A DNA stretch of 64,000 nucleotides from Macrostomum lignano. Its lineage: Eukaryota. A program made the translations under genes and the position numbers. Of this stretch, positions 38,292 to 48,700 are shown piece after piece (the first letter of the stretch is position 1; each line of letters opens with the position of its first letter). The notes below the pieces were generated by a model. It worked only from the letters and a program-made list of their open reading frames with translations. It had not been told where the DNA came from and searched no databases. The stretch covers positions 434,001 through 498,000 of the forward strand of contig NIVC01000010.1 in NCBI GenBank assembly GCA_002269645.1. Reading direction: 5' to 3'.

Positions 38292-38618
38292 CCCGTTGAA
38301 CTTTTCACCCGGAATTTCGCCCGGAATTTTTTGCGTTCACTTGGAATTTTTTCCTATTCCAGTAATACCATCAGATCCGGGTGGAATTTCCGCATCTGTA
38401 ACGAAAGTTTACAGAATCCGGGCGAATTTTCTGGATCAAAAAGAAAAATTCCGGAGAATCCAACCGGAACAGCTTTCCTTTTCCCGAAATTTTACCGGAT
38501 CATATTTCCGGAAAAAGGGGCTGTTCCGGGCCAAAAAAGCCTTCACCCGGAAATACATTAAAAATCGGGTCCGGATCACAAAATTCCAGAAAAAATTCCG
38601 GGTGAAAAGTTCAACGGG
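38292..38618. mobile_element. MITE with CCC..GGG termini and a 2-bp TSD (EnSpm/CMC-like)
   Basis: 26-bp perfect IR cccgttgaacttttcacccggaattt; flanked by ca on both sides; many internal ccgga motifs. Confidence 0.75.
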
Positions 38619-39198
38619 CATTTACGTCTAATTCACGCCCACTGAACAATTAAATTTTTTATAACCAAGGGCGAAAACTATGAGTTTTCACTAAATTCTA
38701 GGTTACACCGAGAATAAATAGTCAGCCAAATTTTGGAGAAAGGAAGTGTTAATGTGGCTGTTAACCTACTAGAAATAGCAGATTGAACTGCTGATAATGC
38801 AGAAACTTAGACAGGAGAATTGCAAGTCAGGGCCAACTTCGCCAGAGTGATAGACAATAAGTAAATCCAGTAGCTAAAGACTGCAGATTTTGAATGACAA
38901 CAATATCTAGTAGCCATTGCAAAAATATTGAATAGTGAAGCTCAAAGTTACTTTGGATGGAAAATTCTCTTCAAGATGAGTTTTATATTTTCATGCTTCA
39001 AATATCGTTAAGTTATGATAAATATTGAAAAAAGAAAAAATCTGTTGAAAGGTAAAAAGTTGATAGCTAAATTTCATCAAAATAGAAATTTTCAAAAAAC
39101 AGTCAGCAAATATATAAGCAAGGTTAGAAATACTAGCGAGAGGAATACAGAAATTCATCATACAAACTAATTTTAGATTTAAAAAATGAGTCATTTTT

Positions 39199-39360
39199 TC
39201 TATACATATAAAAATCTAAACTCTTGTCTGTCTGTCTGTCTGTGTGTGTAAAAATTTGATCGCTATGGACTCCCAAACCGCTCAACAGAATTAAACCAAA
39301 TTTTACCCCTAAACTCACTACGGAGAATTTCTTAGGCTACTTTAAAATTTCCTAGACTCA
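39199..39360 (+). mobile_element. Possible non-autonomous Helitron-like 5' segment
   Basis: tctatacatataaaa followed by (gtct)n and cccaaaccgctcaac..accaaatttt, a layout typical of Lep1-like helitrons. The 3' CTAG hairpin end was not found. Confidence 0.35.
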
Positions 39361-39379
39361 AGTTTTCTTACCTAAAAGT

Positions 39380-39424
39380 GCAAAAAGGAGAGGGAAGAGA
39401 GTAGAGAGAAGAGAGATGGGAGAG

Positions 39425-39461
<37 letters not shown>

Positions 39462-39960
39462 GGAGCAGAGAGAAATGAGAAGAGATAAGAGAAAAGATTA
39501 AAGAAGAGAAATGAGAGATGAGAAAGCAAAGACGATAGAGAAGAGAGGTGAGGGAAGAGACGAGAGAAGAGGGGAGAGAGGAGAGAGGAAACGAGTTGAG
39601 ATAAGAGGGTACATAGGAGAGAGTTGATAGGAGAGAAGAGGGAAGTGTTGAGAGAGGGGAGTGAGTAATAAGAAGAGGGGAGAGAGAAGAGAGAGTAGAG
39701 AGCAAAGAGAAATGAGAAGAGACAAAAGAGGAGAAAAGAGAGATGAGAGAGCAGACGGGAGAGAGGAGAGGAATGGAGAAAGAAAAGTAGAGAGAGGAGA
39801 TGAGATAGAAGAGATGAAAGAAGAGAGATGAGGGAGGATACGAGAGAAGAGGGGAGAAAGGAGAGAGGAGGAGAAAAGAAAAAAGGAAGAGATGAGAAGA
39901 GAGACGAGAGACGAGGGACGAGAGACGAGAGAGAAGAGAGGAAACAGAAGAGAAGATAGA
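39380..39960. repeat. Polypurine (AG-rich) low-complexity tract
   Basis: About 580 nt almost entirely A/G on the plus strand. Confidence 0.9.
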
Positions 39961-40291
39961 AGTTTCAAAGTATCCAAAGGACGTAGGGAGAGTCAGAGGC
40001 AGAGGCCAAAGTTTGCCAATACATGTTTTAAGAGTCAGACAGACGTAGCCTGACATTCTGTGCAGCACCCCAGGCCCCAGGCAACGATATCAAATGTTTG
40101 CTTCAAATCCTAATTTTACACGAATGTACTCCATTTTATGTTTACCTCTATCCTACCAACTATTAACAAGTTTTTTTGAGTATGGACTCAGATTTCAGAA
40201 TACATGCAAAAATAGTTCTGGGGATTGGAATTCCCCGGGTTCAAAATCCGCGGGTTTCAACAGCTGATACAAAGGCTGATACAAACAACAA

Positions 40292-40534
40292 CCCGCTGGG
40301 AAAAATTGCAGCGATGACACGGTTACGACAGGCGACGACATGCTAGAGACGACAGCCCTGTCGATTTACGAAAATAAGTATGATTTGTTCAAGCAAATGC
40401 GCGCTTCCAAATCCGCTCCGCAGTCTGCTTTCTATCGGCCTCCGATCGGTCGACTGCCATGGCGCGACGACAGGGTGACTTGTCGTCAACTTGGCGTCAT
40501 CAACCTGTCGTCGCTGTAATTTTTTCCCAGCGGG
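40292..40534. mobile_element. MITE with CCC..GGG termini and a 2-bp TSD (EnSpm/CMC-like)
   Basis: cccgctgggaaaaattgcagcga / tcgctgtaattttttcccagcggg; aa on both flanks. Confidence 0.7.
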
Positions 40535-40579
40535 AATACGCATATAAAAATAATCTTTTAAAATTTTACTGTCAGAACC

Positions 40580-40978
40580 TTAATAAATTTCTATTATGTA
40601 GTGCTGTATTACAAGCACCCACATAGCATTGAGTGGGACAAAAACTAGCGAACGATTATAAAACGATCTTTTTTCATTTGAAGTCTTGTGACAACATAAT
40701 TTCATTGCTAGAATCAGCCCGAGAGCACCTCCGTAGAAGGCACAGACAAACAGGGCCCATTCGCTGACTCGCCATCGATCATATCTGGCTCGACATTTGT
40801 CAATGGCAGTAAGAAGGAATGTAATTAGTGTCATGACGACAAAGTAGCCAGTCAGTAGAGTAGCGAGTTCTGTGGGTGGCAGGCCAGCGAATTTGGCAAT
40901 CAGACTGACTGTTAAATAGACTGCAGTGCACAATAAGAATGCTAGAGAGCATTGCCGCTGCTTTCCAGGCCCAGCCAT
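40580..40978 (-). CDS. DUF1294-family membrane protein, copy 5
   Basis: TAIDKCRARYDRWRVSEWALF..GGALGLILAMKLCCHKT is the best match to the bacterial-type motif. 132 aa. Confidence 0.85.
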   Translation of the reverse strand: MAGPGKQRQCSLAFLLCTAVYLTVSLIAKFAGLPPTELATLLTGYFVVMTLITFLLTAIDKCRARYDRWRVSEWALFVCAFYGGALGLILAMKLCCHKTSNEKRSFYNRSLVFVPLNAMWVLVIQHYIIEIY

Positions 40979-41719
40979 GGTGCCGAGGCTGCAAGTAAAT
41001 GCTGAAGACAGTAAGAAAAAGCTTTATTATATTGGGATATTGAGCCAAGGAATGCATTTTAAGCATTATGCTTGGAGAAAGTCGATAATTGTTTTCTTAG
41101 AGGAGCACATGCCACACTGAGCACCAACTGAAGGGGCTGTACAATGAGAGCATTGTACTGCAGGTGGAATGCATGAAGGTGCTGCACCCTGCACCCATTC
41201 AAGGTACATACCCCACCAACCTTTATCATCGCCTTCAAGCTGACTATCGACCATGGATAAAAAAGCTGATGACACTAGGGGAGCTCCTTGGGCAGTCTGT
41301 GAAAGGGTGTCTGTGCCTTTTTGCTATGTCCCCTCTGGGACAGCCCTAGAACTAAGCCCTGCAACTAAGTGAAAGTCAAGAACAAGTCCATCCAGATAAG
41401 GCTGAACTGTTGTGATCTAGGCCTAGTAACTAGAAGCTGGGCCATCTGAACTTGATGCAGGGGACTTGATGTGGGGGCCTAAATAAATATATTCAATGTC
41501 ATTTTTACAATAAAACTAATGGCTTTAATCTCTTTTTGATATTTTTACTTTATAATTTTTTAGACATCAATCTAGCATATTATATATTAAAAGTTGTTTC
41601 CTGACTAGGGCAACAAGGCAAACTTATTTCAAAAACTTAAAACAATGATAATTTTGCCAAAAGTTCAAGTATATCTAATGTAACAGATGAGTTCAAAATC
41701 GAAAAATATAGTTTAGCCT

Positions 41720-41945
41720 AGTTGTAGCCTAGTGGTTAGAGTGTCAGACTTGCAACTAGAAGGTTGGGGGTTCGATTTTCAACCTACTCAGAATAATGTG
41801 TCCTTGAGCAAGACACTTAACTCTGCATTGCTTCAGTTCATCTAGCTGTAACATGGGTACCAGCATTAGCTGGGGTAATTGAAGGTGTGTATAGCGACCC
41901 CCAGTCCTTGGACTGACTAGCTATATGCAGCCGTTAGATGCGCTG
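41720..41945 (+). mobile_element. tRNA-derived CORE-type SINE family A, copy 2
   Basis: Colinear with 15906-16160. Confidence 0.8.
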
Positions 41946-42339
41946 CAAATAGCTGCAGCTAAGCTGTCGGTTGCACATCTGGCCCAATTGGGGTAGATGT
42001 AATCAATTATTATTATATTAGTATTAGAGTCTAGACAAACTTGGGCTTTGGTTGAATTGAGCACTTGACCAAACTTTGAGAGTTCAAGCCAAGTATTTGA
42101 GTCAAGGTTTGTCAAGTAGTAGAGTGGAATAAAAATTTAGTAGTTAAAAGAATTTCAAGCCCTAAACTTGTTCTATCATTGTATATTTTTTGCTCTAAAC
42201 TTTATATTTTTCATTTTGTGTGCATTTCTAGGAATTATGGATTCTTAAGTAATACTTCAACCATAAAATCTTTCTTGCTTTTCAATTACTTTTTGTTCAA
42301 GCAAGTGTATTAATTCATTTAAGTGAAAGTATTCTAACA

Positions 42340-43060
42340 GCAACAAATATATTTTCAGCCAGTCAAGCATGGGCCAATGTTACAAGGCACATTTCAAGGC
42401 CTAGGCCATATTACTGGCAGTGTCTAGGGCACCAGCATCAGCCAGCAGGCAGTCAATGAAATGCTAAGTGCAGGCCTGCCACCTAGTAGGGTGTCTGCAG
42501 CATCACAGTAGCAACCTCCTACAATAGCTGCAGGTAGTATGACCTGGCTGAGATAAAATGGCCTGCCAGCTAGAGTCACCAATTGTGCAATAGTTCACTG
42601 GGATAGAATAGGCAGGTGTGGCAATAGAGTGCTAAATTGGTTACTTGCTTGTAGCCAATCTTGAAGGCAACACATATCAGGCTAGAGTATGCTGCATCGA
42701 CCTGCTATTTGAGTGAATCTGGTCAATGTCCAGGTCTCAGCATTGTACAACAGGATGGTCTAGATCATCCCCTGGAACACCACCCTCTTGTGGTCAGGCA
42801 AGGCCTTGGACTACAGCATAGCTTTCATGGAACAGAAGGCAGCATAGCTCTCATGGAACAGAAGGCAGCCTAGCCTAGGCAAGTCCACTATGATGTTGCA
42901 GATCCTTGCGAATGTCAGGCACCAGACTATCGAGGTAGACAAACTGCTGATATCATAGAAGCCTTGTCACCTGTCTGTCTGTGCCTTGGCAGAAAATTGC
43001 AGCTTCAATGTCATCTAGCATGTAGAGCATGATAGTCTTACATGCTGACTACTAGGTTGA
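42340..43060 (-). mobile_element. Heavily decayed RTE-type LINE 3' fragment
   Basis: Minus-strand remnants FVYLDSLVPD, ILLYNAETWTLT (42721-42760), LAGH and FIDCLLADAG (42422-42460), with many stops. Confidence 0.75.
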
Positions 43061-43996
43061 CACTTGCCATAATGCTTACTAGCTAGTCCAGCTAAGGCTA
43101 GGTACCTTTGACAGTCAAGGACAGCAAGGCAAGATTATTGAAGTATCCTAGCATGTTAAGCTACCTCTTTGGTTAGCATTGACTCACACATTATTGCAGT
43201 AGGAAGACTTTCACTTTCTTTCTAATATTGCTTTTTATTTTATACATCATAACTGTATTGCAAAGTTCTTCAATCACAAAACCTACTTTTAATCAAATTT
43301 GCCTTTATCATATATATTGAACAGGTGCTAACCAATTTGGCAACAAACAAATTTAATAACAATCTAATTAAACTCATCAATGATAAAATAAAAAAATGTA
43401 GATAATTTTGTTCATTCTTTCAATAACCGTGGTATTGGGGATGCCAAAAACTGTCAATTTTGTGGAATTGATTAACTGGTTTTAAAACCCAGTTTTTGGC
43501 TTCAAAACCAGTTTTCTGAGTTTTGCTACCAGACCACTCAAAAAAGGTCATTTAGCAATTAGCATGCTCGCACCATAAAAATATGCTTAAAAATTAATTT
43601 CATATCATATTTTCTTTCTCTAGTATACTCATCTATCACTAAAGGAAGGGTGCATTTAATTTATCATTCAATTTCAATTGAAAATTTTGTTAAGGTTGGC
43701 AGCGTTTTTCTGGCATAAATGGATAAAGTGGAATAACAACTGTTATAACTAGCTACTTTTACTACTACAATGCAATATAAGCTCAAAGTCAATTCTATGA
43801 ATCCTACACTCCTATGAGTTGTACTCTTATTCTTAAGGGCTTATACTAGTCCTATCAAGCTTATAGTATACCAAAAGAATCAAATCAAAATCTAACCATA
43901 TAACAAAATCATGTTTATTAATGACAATAAGTAATAATTGATAATTTGATATTAAAATAGATAAATTACATATTGCTTTGTTTATCTAATCAATAT

Positions 43997-44293
43997 CATA
44001 CATGCGCAACGTCCAAAATTCGGTCGGCCGTGCGACTTAGTTTTAACAAAAATGCGACGTAGTTTTTGGCCAAAAATGCAACTCACATGTAAAAAAACCC
44101 TAAAGCAAAATTAACGCAACTTTGGGTAAACGGCGGGAGTAACTATGACTGTCTTATCAGGCAAAAATGCCTCGTCAGCTACTTAGTACTACTGCGTGGG
44201 TATTTTTTGGGTGGGCATTTTTGCGACTTCCTTGGTTGGCTGCCAAATCAGTCGGCCGGATCGGCCGACTCGGCCGACTGTTGCGCATGTATG
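43997..44293. mobile_element. hAT-type MITE carrying a 28S rRNA fragment
   Basis: Perfect 14-bp TIR catacatgcgcaac; perfect 8-bp TSD atcaatat at 43989-43996 and 44294-44301. Confidence 0.85.
44124..44187 (+). other. 64-nt 28S (LSU) rRNA-derived fragment, helix 69 region; not an rRNA gene
   Basis: 53/64 identity to the conserved eukaryotic LSU segment GGGTAAACGGCGGGAGTAACTATGACTCTCTTAAGGTAGCCAAATGCCTCGTCATCTAATTAGT (recalled consensus); first 27 nt identical. Confidence 0.85.
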
Positions 44294-45793
44294 ATCAATA
44301 TGATTATTAGATTAGGCCCTATTCTTTTCCATAATATAAATTTTATCTATAAAACGTGATTCATAATTTGTAAATCATGGTTGAATAAATACAAATCTTG
44401 TGTAGAAATTAATTTATATTAATTACAATTTGCAATATAATAATCAAAAATAAACTGCAACATGAAATCTTAGCTTGTTTATAAAAAATGCAAAAAAAAT
44501 TGTTAACAAAATCATTTAGAAGTGCAAAAATTAGACCAAAAACAGTTTTTAAAAACCCAGTTTTTTAAGCGAAAACTTTTTTGGTTAACCAGTTAACCGG
44601 AACTGACATCCCTCCATGGTATTAGTCAATGCATATTATCTTTCCTTTAGAATTAAGTTTGTTTTATCTTGTACTTATTTTTTGCTTTCCAAAGTTTTTG
44701 TAATAAAGGCTCAAACAGTTAAAAGTTAAACTAAAGTTAAAAGTTATAATGTCTACTATATTTTAATTGAAAAAATATTTTACTATAGAATACAACTTTC
44801 AAGAGCAGTTTAAGAAAACAATACATGTATTTTGCTTTAAATTTAGTTAAAAAATAAGACTTATTGCCAAATTTGCTTTTTTGCAAAATTTGTACGTGAT
44901 AAATATATATTGCCAAATCTTTTTGTTGCCAAAATTTGCCTGCATCCTATTAGTATTAGGGCTATTGGCAAGTCACGGACTCCCTAAAGCTAGTATTCTA
45001 GAACTCATGTCCTACAATATAATATAGGTAAGCCATGTTGTTAGCCTAGTTTACTATTATAGACTTAATTAGAACTAGCCTTGGAGTATGTCATAGGCTA
45101 GCCCATAGATAGTTAATTCGCCAATTATTAATAGACTGCTCGTGCTTAAAATTATTAATTATTATGGAATGATTACCATTAATATTATTTATATCATTGA
45201 CAATCAATACATTAAGTTACCAACTACTATTTTTATTACTACTAGAATATAAAATGGTACGATAGTCTAATAATAGGCGCAATCATTTAGTGCCCCTTAG
45301 GCTACAAACAGAGCGATTGAAGATCCGACACGCGATAATGCTAAGTGCGACATGTCTGAAGGTAACACGCGAAACGAAAACGAAAATTGCTTTCAAAGAT
45401 TAATCAAATATGTAACCATGCTTAAGACTTCACAGTACTTATTAAGTAAAATTAGTTTAATTTTTTATTTGTAAAAACATACACTTGTATAATTTGTGCC
45501 ATACAGATATGTACCTCAAAGTAAAAAGTGTTTTAAATTGATGTCGTTATAAACCGCGAAAAAGAAAGCATGTGCACACGCATGCTTTCGCCCTAGACCC
45601 TACACCGCAGTGTTAAATACAGGCCCTAAACTATATTGAGATTTTGCGCGATTTATGCAATTCGTTTGGCGTGTTGACTGGTATTATAATTGTTATACAT
45701 TTGCTAACTAGTTCTGGTAGAAGTCAAGACGGACAGAGTATAGGCTAAGCTTATCAATATTTATTTTGTTACTGCTTTAATTTTATAGGCCTG

Positions 45794-48700
45794 ATGAAAA
45801 TGTCAGTTTTTGTAGGCTTAGGCCTATTCTCTGACTTATTTTACAAACAGCCTTTGTTTTCTAGGCCTATTTTCTTGACTGTATTTATAGGCCTACTTGC
45901 TATATCATCAGCAGTTGCTGAGTTCCTAGAAGATGGGGAAGCTGCATCTATGGAAGGTGCAAAATCATTTTTCTTAAAAAAGGAATATTCACTATCAAAG
46001 CCATACCATGGTAAGTTTTTTTGTAAGCCTATTGATAGTATATACAACCATGGTCTTAGTAAACTTGTAATAATGTAGACCCATACAATTTATATAAGTT
46101 TAAGGTTCAAACAGGGTTTTTTTTTGTGCGCAGAGTGTGCGTATGCACCCTAAATTTTAAAATCGCACCCTGAAATTAAAAAAGTAGGTGCGGTTTAGGT
46201 GCAGTCTTATAACCATTTTTCTTTAAAGGCTTAACCATGCTTAAGCTATTTTTTATGCACTGCCTTAAAATATGAAACAAAATAACTCTTTAAATCCTAT
46301 TAAGTCATATAGGCGATATAGCCTATAGCTATAGCCTTATGTAAGATATTAAAATATACATTCCCAGTTGTCTGAAATGTGAGCAATGTGAGGGTTTCAC
46401 GAGAGATATTCAGACAAAGGCTCCCTAAAAAACGCCCCACACCGGGCCCCAAACTGCTACACATTATAACATTTTTTGTCAGTGCAGTATTTGATTGCAA
46501 GGAAAAGTTAAAATAGTAATGGAATAAAATATATCTTTATTTATTTTTTTAAATATTATTATTTTTTATTTTCTCGTTTTCATTATTAAATTATAATATT
46601 ATTATTTTATTAATATTATTATTAATATCACTTATTGTTCACCAAATTTTATATTTCAAAGTAAAAAAACTAAATTTAATAAAAACTTGAAGCTTAACAG
46701 AAAATGCATTCTGAAGTGTCTTTAGTTATAGTCCAATTTGTTTTAATGTGTAGCGCTGCAGGGCGGTGCGGGCGTGTTTTAGGGAGACCCATTCAGACAG
46801 ACATTCAAAATGATTGTCTGTAACTTCAAACAAAATTGACCCGCTTCAACCATCTTTTTGGCAAATACTTACGCAAGTGTTGGGCGTCGAATAAGCTTTA
46901 ATTTATTAACTGAAGTAAAAATCCTTCTGACCTACATTGATTTAAAAATTGCTTAGCAACACTAGCTCTGATTAGAAATCGCTTTACTGTTGACTAAAAT
47001 TGTTTTGATCGTAGCAGCCTAAAAGCAGATACTGGATTTAAAAATGCTTCGATTTACTCTATACGCATGTCTCAGCTTTAAAATGACACCTCAGGCATCG
47101 CAAAAGACAGCTTTGATGCTGAGATATTTGACACTAAACATGCATTGCTTTGCGCAATCTCACATTCAGAAATTTCACTGATTTTTTGTTGATATTTGTG
47201 CAGTTGCCATGTCCTTGTTTTTCATCAGAATCTTGTCAAATTCTAGTCATGTCTATACGCATGTCTCAGCTTTAAAATGACACCTCAGGCATTGCAAAAG
47301 ACAGCTTTGATGCTGAGATATTCGACACTAAACATTGCTTTGCTCAAACTCACATTCGGAAACTTCACTGATTTTTATTCAATATTTGTTCAGATGCTTG
47401 TCTACTTCTCCATTTATTAACCATCGCATGGAGCCTTGCTAACGTACAAGTGTATGTAGTTACAGTAAATGGGGTTTTTGTGACTCACTTAAACTTGTTT
47501 ACGCATTCTGCAGCTATTCGCCGCCTTTCATTGGAGTGATTCATGGAGTCCAGTTGATAAATTTCCACAAATTGGACTGCTTCTACGTCAGATCTCAACA
47601 TTTGGAACCGTCCTTGAACTATTTCAGAGTTAAGTGAGCTAATGGCATCAAATGGAAGGCTAGTGCTCGTACTTGTAAGCGAAGCAGGTTCACAATTGAA
47701 ATGGTTATATTCATGGCCATGGGATCTAAACTGATCTGTTTTACTTTCACGATCGCTTTGGTCTCAGAAGGAGCAGCAGTTGATGGACTGAGGTGAGAAG
47801 AAGATGTGTCACGACTTGAGCTGTTTATAGAAAATATCTTTATCCAATTAAATATTTTCATGCGGCGCCTTAGGTTGTTCCGAATTCCGAGTCTAGAAGT
47901 CAAGACAGAAAAAAAGTTAAGAACTGCTACTGTAGTCCGTAGGGATTGGAAAGCTTAGCAGTACATTAGAAATCGCCAGTTCAATCTAAAAAGTTTGAAG
48001 TACATATAGCTATTGGGTTGCAACAACAGTAGAAAAAATTCTTCCTTTTTATTTTATTCCCACCGCTTACCTCATTCCGATTTGGATAGCAGAATTGCCA
48101 CGCAAAAAAAGTAAAAACATAACAATAAACTATTTGCTTCATATTAATTGCCACTGACTGTTAATAAACGCGACGTCAATTTCTCTCAATAACAGTTGGA
48201 ACATGTTTCTCGTACACTCGTATATTTATTTGAACCGCAAAGCGGTGAAAAAGTCATGATTGGTTGCCATATGTACAAATGTACACTCACAGACTCACTG
48301 ACTCAGGTACAATCTATGCAATATAAAGGCAGGAATCATTAAAAATCAAATACTTAAGACAGTTTAAGAGAAGTCCAGGTTTAAACTGGACATGACTAGA
48401 ATTTGACAAGTTTCTGATGAAAAACAAGGACACGGCAACTGCACAAATATCGACAAAAAATCAGTGAAATTTCTGAATGTGAGATTGCGCAAAGCAATGC
48501 ATGTTTAGTGTCAAATATCTCAGCATCAAAGCTGTCTTTTGCGATGCCTGAGGTGTCATTTTAAAGCTGAGACATGCGTATAGAGTAAATCGAAGCATTT
48601 TTAAATCCAGTATCTGCTTTTAGGCTGCTATAATCAAAACAATTTTAGTCAACAGTAAAGCAATTTCTAATCAGAGCTAGTGTTGCTAAGCAATTTTTAA

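Larger units (their letters stand above)
43436..44614. mobile_element. Old hAT-like non-autonomous element
   Basis: gggatgcca / tgacatccc ends, aaaacccagttt subterminal motifs, and a near-perfect 8-bp TSD cgtggtat/catggtat. Confidence 0.55.

Noticed and set aside
45380-45430. tcaaagattaa..ccatgc resembling the 18S rRNA 5' end
   Set aside because: Match too short and interrupted in AT-rich DNA.
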